From Candidatus Melainabacteria bacterium RIFCSPHIGHO2_02_FULL_34_12 (GTDB lineage Bacteria; Cyanobacteriota; Vampirovibrionia; 2-02-FULL-35-15): a stretch of 64,000 nt of DNA. The DNA lies in NCBI GenBank assembly GCA_001784555.1, contig MFRM01000005.1:99802-163801 (forward strand), read 5' to 3'. The notes beneath the pieces were generated by a model. The model was given only the letters and a program-made list of their open reading frames with translations, searched no databases and was not told the DNA's origin. Every line of letters starts with the position of its first letter. The stretch's first letter is position 1. The position numbers were made by a program, and so were the translations under genes. Shown here one piece after another: positions 38,948 through 46,973 of this stretch.

Positions 38948-40488
38948 TAGTACAGCTATTCTTATTTTTTACCTTTATTGGCCTTTATTTAAGACTTGCT
39001 GGAGTCGGGCATTCAGCGTCTTATTCCATTAATCCAGCAGAGGCTTCTTATGTTTTAAAAATAATTTCTCCGTTCAGAAGCCTTTTTCAGTTTCATTCAT
39101 TTCATTCCTCGCCTTTATTTTTGTTTATTAATTCGCTCATAGTTTTTATTTCATCATTTTCTTTTGATTTAAATACTTTGTTGAATAAACTTGATGTAGA
39201 TCCAGCAGTTATTTACCTCCCCCTTAGATATTTAAGTGCTTTTTTTAGTGCAGGCTCAGTTGTTATTATTTATTTTATCGGCTCCTTATTCACTGCTACA
39301 TGTGGAGTTCTTGCCAGCGGTTTTCTGGCTGTATCTCTGTTACATGTGAAGTTTTCTGGATTAATTCATCCCTTTAGCGGAGTCATATTCTTTTTACTGT
39401 TATCCCTCTACTTTACGCTTAAATTTAACTACAAACTTTCTTTTTTATTTGCTTTGCTTTCTTCTCTTATGCATTATTCGGGTTTAATAAGCATACTTCC
39501 TTTATTGTTTGTTTTGGCTTTAAAAAAAGAATATGTGGAATTAAAATCTGTTCTTGGCAGGTTCGTTTTTTTGTCTGTAATATTAAATCTTTTTGTTGTT
39601 ATTGATTTTGTTTTTTTATTTCCTAAAATATTAAATTCTTATTTTATTGGTTATAATAATTATCACTTAAGTTCCTTTCTTCTTTATCTTTTTAAATATC
39701 TATGGCATGGAGTGGGTCCTGTAGTCTGGCTTTCAGCAGTTTTCTCACTTTTATATTTAAAAAATTATGATAATCTAAAAATCAAGGTTTTATTTTTAAT
39801 ACCAATCGCATATCTTGCATTTATTGGTTTGTTTCATTTTACAGAGCTTGGTTATGCTGTGTTGCTGGTACCGTTTTTTTGCCTAGCCTCTGCATTATTT
39901 TTTAGTTCTTTTTACAGAGAAGATAATGAAAGAAAGTTTATTTTCATTCTCCTTGTTTTATTTGCTCTATGGATTCCGTTCAAATATTCAGTTAAATACA
40001 ATAAACTTATGAGTTTGCCGGATACTCGTACTATTGCTAGTGACTGGGTTAAAGAAAATGTATCAGATAGAATGAAGATTGCCTGGGATAAAAACAGCCT
40101 GCAGTTAAACTGGCAGAATGCTTATGATAAGAAGGAATTAAAAGGCTTAACAGGTGAAGCAGTACTTCTTCTAAATCGAAGAAACTTTCCGATTGAATAT
40201 GATTTACTTAAGAAAAAAGACTGGTTTAAGTTCTTAAGAAAAAAAGCAGACTATGTTGTTATAAACAGCTATGATTATGAACTTACATTAAAGCAGTCTG
40301 GACAAATTCCAAAGAAAAAATATTATTTAAAGATGCTTAAGCAAAAACCATATATGGTTTTTGATCCATATCTTAAAGACTACGATAAAAAAACAAAACA
40401 TTCTTTGCCTGAAGAATTATACTCACCCTTTCTTAGCCTCTGGCAAAGAGAGCGTTCGGGACCTGTGATTAAGGTGTATAAGATATGA
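38923..40488 (+). CDS. polytopic membrane protein, possibly ArnT/PMT-like glycosyltransferase
   Basis: 521 aa; ~10 hydrophobic helices then soluble C-terminal domain. Confidence 0.4.
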   Translation: MSRREKILIVQLFLFFTFIGLYLRLAGVGHSASYSINPAEASYVLKIISPFRSLFQFHSFHSSPLFLFINSLIVFISSFSFDLNTLLNKLDVDPAVIYLPLRYLSAFFSAGSVVIIYFIGSLFTATCGVLASGFLAVSLLHVKFSGLIHPFSGVIFFLLLSLYFTLKFNYKLSFLFALLSSLMHYSGLISILPLLFVLALKKEYVELKSVLGRFVFLSVILNLFVVIDFVFLFPKILNSYFIGYNNYHLSSFLLYLFKYLWHGVGPVVWLSAVFSLLYLKNYDNLKIKVLFLIPIAYLAFIGLFHFTELGYAVLLVPFFCLASALFFSSFYREDNERKFIFILLVLFALWIPFKYSVKYNKLMSLPDTRTIASDWVKENVSDRMKIAWDKNSLQLNWQNAYDKKELKGLTGEAVLLLNRRNFPIEYDLLKKKDWFKFLRKKADYVVINSYDYELTLKQSGQIPKKKYYLKMLKQKPYMVFDPYLKDYDKKTKHSLPEELYSPFLSLWQRERSGPVIKVYKI

Positions 40489-40493
40489 ACAAT

Positions 40494-40533
40494 GTCATTG
40501 CGAGGAGGAACGTAGTGACAACGAAGCAATCCC
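40494..40533. repeat. TGTCATTGCGAG...ACGAAGCAATC repeat family, solo copy
   Basis: shares 12-nt and 11-nt termini with copies at 46833 and 46927; lies 6 bp after the stop of the upstream gene. Confidence 0.6.
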
Positions 40534-40617
40534 GGACTAACTTGCGTAAATCGATCGGGATTGCCACGCCTCCCTTCCGGTGCCACCAGCAATTAATGAA
40601 TTGGATATAATATTCCC

Positions 40618-41907
40618 ATGGGTTTACAAATCAAAGAAACTGATACTATAACACAACTCAAATCTGCAAAAGCTGCATCACGTAAGCTTGCTAAAGCTTC
40701 AAATGAAGAAAAAAATAAAGCACTTAATTTAATTGCTGATGAGTTACTTTTATCTAAAGATGTAATACTAAGTGCAAATAAAAAAGATCTCGAAGCAGGT
40801 AAGAACAGTAATCTTTCAAATGCACTTCTAGACAGGCTTATGTTGGATGAGAAAAGACTTTCAGGCATGGCAGAGGGGATAAAAAAAGTACTAGCCCAAA
40901 AAGATCCTGTGGGTAATAAAATTGCCTCATGGAAACACCCTAAAGGCATGATGATTACAAAAGTCTCTGTGCCGCTGGGTGTAATATGTGTAATTTATGA
41001 AGCCAGACCTAATGTCACTACTGATGCAGTTTCACTAGCCGTAAAATCAGGAAATGCCATTATTCTTCGCGGAAGTCAGCATGCTACAGAATCAAACCAA
41101 GCAATTGTGGATTGCATACATCGTGCATTGAAAAATCTCGTAGGGGCGTACCATGGTACGCCCTTGTTGAATGAGGGAATTGTTCAATTCATCGCCTCAA
41201 AAGACCGTGAAGAAACCATAAAAATCCTTGAAGCAAAAGATTATGTAGATCTTGTTATTCCAAGAGGCGGTGAAGACCTAAAAGATTTTGTTTTAAAACA
41301 TTCTAAAATACCGGTGATAGGAGCAGGCGGCGGTACATGTCATTTATTTATAGATGAAAGTGCAAAAGAAAATATGGCAGTAGATATTGCATTTAATGCT
41401 AAAACCCAAAGACCTGGGGTTTGTAATGCCATTGAAACTGTTTTAGTCCATAAAAATATAGCTAAAAATATTCTTCCTAAATTACAAGCAAAATTAAATG
41501 AAAAAAAAGTAGAGATATTTGCATGTGACAGAACAGGAAAAATTATTTCAGATGTAAAACCTGCAACAGAAGAAGACTGGTATAAAGAATACCTGGATTT
41601 AAAAGTAGCAGTGAAAGTTGTAGATTCACTGGATGAGGCTATTGAACATATAAATAAATACGGCACTCGTCATTCAGAATCCATAATTACAGAAAATAAA
41701 GAAAACGCTTCTAAATTTCAGGATGAAGTCGATGCTGCTTGTGTTTATGTAAATGCCAGCACACGTTTTACTGACGGCGAAGAATTTGGATTTGGATCTG
41801 AGATAGGAATTTCCACGCAAAAATTACATGCACGTGGACCAATTGCACTTGAGCAGCTTGTGACTTATAAATATTTAATTTCAGGTGAAGGACAGACTAG
41901 GACATGA
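40618..41907 (+). CDS. proA: gamma-glutamyl phosphate reductase
   Basis: 429 aa; aldehyde dehydrogenase fold, VIYEARPNVT and C-terminal QKLHARGP. Confidence 0.85.
   Translation: MGLQIKETDTITQLKSAKAASRKLAKASNEEKNKALNLIADELLLSKDVILSANKKDLEAGKNSNLSNALLDRLMLDEKRLSGMAEGIKKVLAQKDPVGNKIASWKHPKGMMITKVSVPLGVICVIYEARPNVTTDAVSLAVKSGNAIILRGSQHATESNQAIVDCIHRALKNLVGAYHGTPLLNEGIVQFIASKDREETIKILEAKDYVDLVIPRGGEDLKDFVLKHSKIPVIGAGGGTCHLFIDESAKENMAVDIAFNAKTQRPGVCNAIETVLVHKNIAKNILPKLQAKLNEKKVEIFACDRTGKIISDVKPATEEDWYKEYLDLKVAVKVVDSLDEAIEHINKYGTRHSESIITENKENASKFQDEVDAACVYVNASTRFTDGEEFGFGSEIGISTQKLHARGPIALEQLVTYKYLISGEGQTRT
41140..41166. repeat. GTAG...CTAC-family element (GGGGCGTA subfamily) in proA
   Basis: gtaggggcgtaccatggtacgcccttg; 20-bp perfect palindromic core; encodes LVGAYHGTPLL. 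Confidence 0.8.
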
Positions 41908-42461
41908 TGAATCGGCAAACTGCCTCACGGCCAGGTAGCCGTATAGGTCTTTTTGGCGGTACCTTTAATCCTATTCACAATGGGCATTTACAGATGGCTG
42001 ATAAGGCACTTAAAGAATATAAGCTTTCAAAGGTGTATTTTATTCCGTGTGGAATTCCGCCTCATAAAAAAATTAAAGATCTTCTTCCTGCAAAGCTCAG
42101 GTATAAACTTGTGAAAGATGCTATTAAAGGAAAAAAATATTTCAAGGTTCTGGATATAGAAGTTAAAAAAAAGAAACCATGTTATACGATTGATACCGTT
42201 AAAACCCTTGTAGGGACCAGTCGCGACTGGTCCCTACTGTATTTTTTAATCGGACAGGATGAATTTGAAAACCTAAAAACCTGGAATAAACCAAATGAAC
42301 TTGCAAAGCTAGTCACCTTTCTGGTTTTGCCAAGAAGCCTAAAAAAGATTAAACCACCTAAAATAAAAAATCTACAATGGTCACCTGTTCATACAAAGTT
42401 AATTGATATATCAAGTACTGAAATCAGAAGAAATATCAAACCACCGCACAAGCCCCGTTAG
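41904..42461 (+). CDS. nadD: nicotinate-nucleotide adenylyltransferase
   Basis: 185 aa; [12 protein letters not shown]; start overlaps proA stop. Confidence 0.8.
   Translation: MMNRQTASRPGSRIGLFGGTFNPIHNGHLQMADKALKEYKLSKVYFIPCGIPPHKKIKDLLPAKLRYKLVKDAIKGKKYFKVLDIEVKKKKPCYTIDTVKTLVGTSRDWSLLYFLIGQDEFENLKTWNKPNELAKLVTFLVLPRSLKKIKPPKIKNLQWSPVHTKLIDISSTEIRRNIKPPHKPR
42210..42237. repeat. 28-bp GTAG...CTAC palindromic element (perfect) in nadD
   Basis: gtagggaccagtcgcgactggtccctac; encodes [11 protein letters not shown]. Confidence 0.85.
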
Positions 42462-43695
42462 CAGCTTTTTTTAATTCTTCTACCTTATCTAATTCTTCCC
42501 ATGGAAGATTTAGATCCAGTCTGCCAAAGTGTCCATATGATGCAGTATTTCTATAAAATACGCCCTTATTTAATTTCGGGAGATTTTGCATATTGAACTT
42601 TTTAATAATTGCAAGTGGTCTTAAGTCAAAAACCTGATTTACTATGTCGCATAGAACAGTGTCTTTAGCTTTTCCTGTGCCGAAAGTTGAAACACTTATA
42701 GAGATTGGTTTTGCTACGCCGATAGCATATGAAACCTGTACCTCACAGTGTCTGGCAAGTCCTGCAGCTACAATGTTTTTTGCAATGTACCTGGCTGCAT
42801 AACATGCGGATCGGTCTACTTTTGTAGGATCTTTTCCTGAAAATGCACCGCCACCGTGTCTGGCATATCCTCCGTAAGTATCAACTATAATTTTTCTTCC
42901 TGTAAGACCAGCATCTCCCTGAGGTCCGCCGATTACAAATCGTCCCGAAGGATTAATAAAATACTTAGTTTCATTATCAATTAAATGACTAAGCTGTTCA
43001 ACAACCGGCTTAATGACAAATTCCCTCATATCAGCTTCAATAAACTTTTGAAGATCGCTATTTTCAGTTTTTCCATTTATTTTTGCTGCATGTTGGGTGG
43101 ATATTACAAGAGTGTCAATTCTTTTTGGCATCCCTTTTTCATCATATTCAATGGTTACCTGTGTTTTACCGTCAGGTCTGAGATATGGAAGAGTACCTTT
43201 TTTTCTAACCTGTGAAAGCTTCAGTGCAAGTTTTTGGGCAAGGCTTATAGGAAGTGGCATAAGTTCAGGTGTTTCATCACATGCAAATCCGAACATTAAT
43301 CCCTGATCTCCTGCTCCAAGCTTATCTATTTCATCGCTTGAATCTTCATCTCTGTGTTCTTTTGCCGTAGTTACTCCCTGACTAATATCTGGAGATTGTT
43401 CTTTAACACAGACAATAACACCACATGTATGTGCATCAAAACCACCAGCATCAGGACCTGCATAGCCAATTTCTTCAATGGTTTTTCTTGCAAGTGTATC
43501 AAAATCAATGCGTGTCTTTGATGTAATTTCTCCACCAACTACAACTAGCCCAGTGGTAGCATATGTTTCACAAGCTACACGGCTTTTAGGATCACCAGCC
43601 AGTGCTGCGTCCAGCACTGCATCAGATATTTGATCACATAATTTATCCGGATGTCCTTCAGTTACTGATTCTGATGTAAACAATCGTTTTGCCAT
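42436..43695 (-). CDS. metK: S-adenosylmethionine synthetase
   Basis: 419 aa; [28 protein letters not shown]. Confidence 0.9.
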   Translation of the reverse strand: MAKRLFTSESVTEGHPDKLCDQISDAVLDAALAGDPKSRVACETYATTGLVVVGGEITSKTRIDFDTLARKTIEEIGYAGPDAGGFDAHTCGVIVCVKEQSPDISQGVTTAKEHRDEDSSDEIDKLGAGDQGLMFGFACDETPELMPLPISLAQKLALKLSQVRKKGTLPYLRPDGKTQVTIEYDEKGMPKRIDTLVISTQHAAKINGKTENSDLQKFIEADMREFVIKPVVEQLSHLIDNETKYFINPSGRFVIGGPQGDAGLTGRKIIVDTYGGYARHGGGAFSGKDPTKVDRSACYAARYIAKNIVAAGLARHCEVQVSYAIGVAKPISISVSTFGTGKAKDTVLCDIVNQVFDLRPLAIIKKFNMQNLPKLNKGVFYRNTASYGHFGRLDLNLPWEELDKVEELKKAANGACAVV

Positions 43696-43699
43696 AATA

Positions 43700-43885
43700 A
43701 GAATTCTCCTTCTTTAATTGAAAGCGATGTTACTTGCTTTAAAGTTTTATCGCTCATCTATCTGGAATTAGCACCGTTGCAACCACTGAAATATAAACTT
43801 CTTTTGTATCTCTGTTTTATCTCTGCGGTTCAGGTTGCTGTAGCTTCGTTGGGCCAGTCCCTCTGCTACTCTGGATAAGCCTGTT
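43700..43885 (-). promoter_or_regulatory. SAM-I (S-box) riboswitch in metK leader
   Basis: minus strand CTTATCCAGAGTAGCAGAGGGACTGGCCCAACGAAGCTACAGCAACC...GGTGCTAATTCCAGATAGATGAGCGATAA matches the S-box core; extended P3; SD AAGGAG before ATG. Confidence 0.75.
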
Positions 43886-43907
43886 AGTTAACAGGATCCT
43901 GTTAACT
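43880..43907. promoter_or_regulatory. operator-like palindrome with three TTAACAGG half-sites in metK/thioesterase divergent region
   Basis: cctgttagttaacaggatcctgttaact; 22-bp perfect palindrome agttaacaggatcctgttaact; overlaps TATAAT at 43907-43912. Confidence 0.45.
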
Positions 43908-43979
43908 ATAATACCCCAAACACCATTTTTTGAAAACGTTTTATCAATGAAATGTCCCTACTTCTTGTAAAATTAGATC

Positions 43980-44384
43980 ATGACTTTTAACAAAAAAATT
44001 GGAGCAAAGGTTATAACCCGTAAAAAGGGTTATTGCAAAGTTAAGTTAGACATGAAACCAAATCATTTAAATCATGGCGGAATTGTTCATGGCGGTGTAT
44101 TAGCAACTTTATGTGATATTGCTTTAGCCGGTGCAATTGAAATGGCTATGGCAAAAGAAGAGTGGTGCGTAACTGCGCAATTGAATATACAATTTCTTTA
44201 TCCTGCATTTCCAAATGAACCAATTTTTGGTTTTGGCCAGTTAATAAAAAAAGGAAATACACTTGCATTTGTAGAAGGCGGAGTTAAATCAAAAAGCAAT
44301 AAACTTCTTGTGAAAGCCCAAGGAATTTGGGTCATCAAAAGTAAAAAAAATAAAAGAATTAAAAAGGCTAAATCTTTAGGTTGA
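43980..44384 (+). CDS. PaaI/YbgC-type hotdog thioesterase
   Basis: 134 aa; GGIVHGGVLATLCDIA motif. Confidence 0.7.
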   Translation: MTFNKKIGAKVITRKKGYCKVKLDMKPNHLNHGGIVHGGVLATLCDIALAGAIEMAMAKEEWCVTAQLNIQFLYPAFPNEPIFGFGQLIKKGNTLAFVEGGVKSKSNKLLVKAQGIWVIKSKKNKRIKKAKSLG

Positions 44385-44388
44385 CTTT

Positions 44389-45096
44389 CTAAATTCCTGC
44401 TTTTGTTTTAATCCACTCTTCAAGCTTTTCTTTGCTTGGAATAAGAACTTGTTTTGATTCAGTAGGAATAATTAAACCTTCATCTCTAAGTTCGCTAAAT
44501 GCACGGTTTACTGTTTCACGTGGTGAATCAGACATCTTACCAATTTCTGACTGTGTAAGTTTTGGCAGAAGAAGACCTTCTTTTGTCATTTTTCCGTGTT
44601 CATTTGCAATAGTTATAAGTGCTTTTGCAATTCTTGCTGCTGCTGGCAGTGAAACACTGCTAAGTCTGCTGCTGGTGAGTCTTAATCTTCTGCAAAACTC
44701 CCTGCTAAGTGCCAGATGTACTGAAGGATAGGTTTGTAACATTTCCAGAAAATCTTTCTGTGAAAATACAAGTACTTCTACTTCCTGATTTCCTGCAGTT
44801 ACATCAGCTGATCTAGGTTCTGAGTCAATCGCAGACATTTCACCAAAAAAATCTCCAGGCTCAAGATATGCCAGTACCTTTTCACGCATGGTAGGGTCAA
44901 TGGCTTTTACAATTACATTTCCGCTGCTAACTATATAAAAAGAATGTTCTTCATCTTCAGTTATTATGATTGAAGCCTGGGCAGCATAGTTTTTTCTGGT
45001 GCACATAAGTGCAATTTCTTCAAGTTCAGCAGGCCCCATATCCTGAAATAAGGAAACCTGTGAAATTTTATTTATTACTGACGACGATATTGTCAT
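44389..45096 (-). CDS. Crp/Fnr family transcriptional regulator
   Basis: 235 aa; cNMP-binding domain + C-terminal HTH SQSEIGKMSDSPRETVNRAFSEL; start may be a downstream Met. Confidence 0.75.
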   Translation of the reverse strand: MTISSSVINKISQVSLFQDMGPAELEEIALMCTRKNYAAQASIIITEDEEHSFYIVSSGNVIVKAIDPTMREKVLAYLEPGDFFGEMSAIDSEPRSADVTAGNQEVEVLVFSQKDFLEMLQTYPSVHLALSREFCRRLRLTSSRLSSVSLPAAARIAKALITIANEHGKMTKEGLLLPKLTQSEIGKMSDSPRETVNRAFSELRDEGLIIPTESKQVLIPSKEKLEEWIKTKAGI

Positions 45097-45823
45097 TAAC
45101 TTTTTTTTTCTTCTTCTCGAATGCAGGCTTTAACCAGGGTTCTGTCGCAAGAGCTAGTTTAACCATTTCACTGCAGACAATTTGAGTTTCACCTTGTGGC
45201 CTGCCAGTATCTCCTTGCACTCTTACATTATTTAAATGAATCAATGCAGCAAGAGAAGTTGTGCATACCATTCTAGTCGATATTGCAGAAGGCAGAACAT
45301 ATCTTGCAAGCTCTGCTGATTCTCTTTTACCCAAACCACTCAATCTATACTCCTTATATAAGACCATATACTGATCATGAGCAGCTTCCATAAGTTTTTT
45401 AAATGAATTATTATCTACACCCTCTGGCTGGATATATCTAAAACCTGTTTCGTAAGGGACATACCTTTGGGATTCCTGATCAATGGTTACTCCTACCTGA
45501 TGTCTTACGATCTGATGACTTACTACTCTGGAGCAGACAATTACATAGCTAAAATTAGGATGGCTGTATGTTGTTCTGTGGCCTCTTTCCATTAACCCGA
45601 CAACTAATCCTGTTCGTTTTTCTTCAGGTGTTTCATTCCATTCTTGTTCAAGTTCAGGCATAGATTTAACTGAATAACAAACCCGTGCAGCACGCCAAAT
45701 AAGATATTTCATGTTTTGAGTATATTGAATCAGCTCAACTGAAGGTGCAATTGGTTCAATTATTCTTTTTTCAATGTTATCGTTTATTTCTTTTTCAACT
45801 TCTTCCCTGGATTTTGGCGGCAT
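45068..45823 (-). CDS. thyX: flavin-dependent thymidylate synthase ThyX
   Basis: 251 aa; ThyX-like RHQ...ESQRY signature region. Confidence 0.7.
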   Translation of the reverse strand: MPPKSREEVEKEINDNIEKRIIEPIAPSVELIQYTQNMKYLIWRAARVCYSVKSMPELEQEWNETPEEKRTGLVVGLMERGHRTTYSHPNFSYVIVCSRVVSHQIVRHQVGVTIDQESQRYVPYETGFRYIQPEGVDNNSFKKLMEAAHDQYMVLYKEYRLSGLGKRESAELARYVLPSAISTRMVCTTSLAALIHLNNVRVQGDTGRPQGETQIVCSEMVKLALATEPWLKPAFEKKKKKVNDNIVVSNK

Positions 45824-45926
45824 AAATTTTTACCTCGTTTATATTTAATATTTTAAAATAAAAGATAGTTGCTGACGTTAAGGCTTTGCCCTTACAATAT
45901 GGCAACGATATATAATAAAGAAACCA

Positions 45927-46751
45927 ATGGCAGATTTACTGAAAAACAAACTAGCTGTAATTACAGGTGCTGGTCGTGGAATAGGCCGTGCAACTGCAGC
46001 TTTATTTGCAAAAGAAGGCGCAAAGGTTTTTCTTTGTGATGTTGATAAGGATCCGTTGGAAAAAACAATAAATGAAATTAAATCAATTAATAGACATATT
46101 TCTGGTATATCGGGCGATGTAACAAAACAATCCGACGTACAAAACATAATGAAAAAGGCAGCAGAATTTGGTAATGGTTCTATAGATATTCTTTGTAATA
46201 TTGCAGGCATTACACGTGACAGGGTAATTCAAAAGATGACGCTTGAGGACTGGAATTTTATTATTAGCATTAATCTTACCGGGACTTTTAATTGTATTCA
46301 GGCTGCTGAGCCATATATTCGAGAAACAGCAAAAAATGAACTTGAAAAAACAGGAAAAATTAATTCTCGCTCCATAATAAATATTTCATCTACTTCCGGT
46401 ACTACTGGAAATCCCGGTCAAATTAATTATGCAGCAAGCAAAGCAGGAATAGTAGGACTTACAAAAACCGTAGCTAAGGAATGGGCAAGATATAACATAA
46501 GATGTAATGCAATTGCTCCTGGAGTAATCGAAACCAGGCTTACCCAGGCTAAAAAAGAAGGTGAAGATTTTGGTATTCCTGAAAAACAAAAACAAATGCT
46601 TTTAAATCTGCAAAAAGAAACAGGACTAGCCAGAGATCCAGGTCAACCAGAAGACGTTGCAAATGCAATTTTATTTTTTGCATCAGATTTATCTTCTTAT
46701 GTTACAGGTCAGGTGCTGACAGTGGCTGGCGGCGTGATAGGCAGTATTTAA
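45927..46751 (+). CDS. fabG: SDR family oxidoreductase, 3-oxoacyl-ACP reductase-like
   Basis: 274 aa; TGAGRGIGRA, NAG, YxxxK (YAASKAG). Confidence 0.75.
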   Translation: MADLLKNKLAVITGAGRGIGRATAALFAKEGAKVFLCDVDKDPLEKTINEIKSINRHISGISGDVTKQSDVQNIMKKAAEFGNGSIDILCNIAGITRDRVIQKMTLEDWNFIISINLTGTFNCIQAAEPYIRETAKNELEKTGKINSRSIINISSTSGTTGNPGQINYAASKAGIVGLTKTVAKEWARYNIRCNAIAPGVIETRLTQAKKEGEDFGIPEKQKQMLLNLQKETGLARDPGQPEDVANAILFFASDLSSYVTGQVLTVAGGVIGSI

Positions 46752-46832
46752 ATATAATAATCTAGGCTTGACCTCACAAATATTGTCAGAGTTGTGAGGA
46801 GCGGTAGCGACGAGATACATCACATCAAAATT

Positions 46833-46877
46833 GTCATTGCGAGAAGTCCGCCTGAGGCGGACGACGAAGCAATCTCA
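46833..46877. repeat. TGTCATTGCGAG...GAAGCAATC family copy B (left arm of MITE-like inverted pair)
   Basis: tgtcattgcgagaagtccgcctgaggcggacgacgaagcaatctca; internal palindrome gtccgcctgaggcggac. Confidence 0.65.
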
Positions 46878-46926
46878 TATTGCGATTAAGCTTAAGGAAG
46901 GTTTATTATTACCGTTATTTGCGTTG

Positions 46927-46966
46927 TGAGATTGCTTCACCCGCCTAAGGCGGGTTCGCAATGACA
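46927..46966. repeat. TGTCATTGCGAG...GAAGCAATC family copy C (inverted right arm)
   Basis: tgagattgcttcacccgcctaaggcgggttcgcaatgaca is the reverse complement of copy B with a variant core; ends 8 bp before the stop of the 912-aa gene. Confidence 0.65.
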
Positions 46967-46973
46967 TGAACTG

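Noticed and set aside
45878-46210. 110-aa minus-strand ORF overlapping the start of the fabG-like gene
   Set aside because: It lies entirely antisense to a well-supported SDR gene and has low-complexity composition; a shadow ORF.
46771-46800. Hairpin cctcacaa-N12-ttgtgagg after the fabG-like gene as a terminator
   Set aside because: No U-tract follows. It is more likely part of the repeat-rich convergent spacer than a stand-alone intrinsic terminator.
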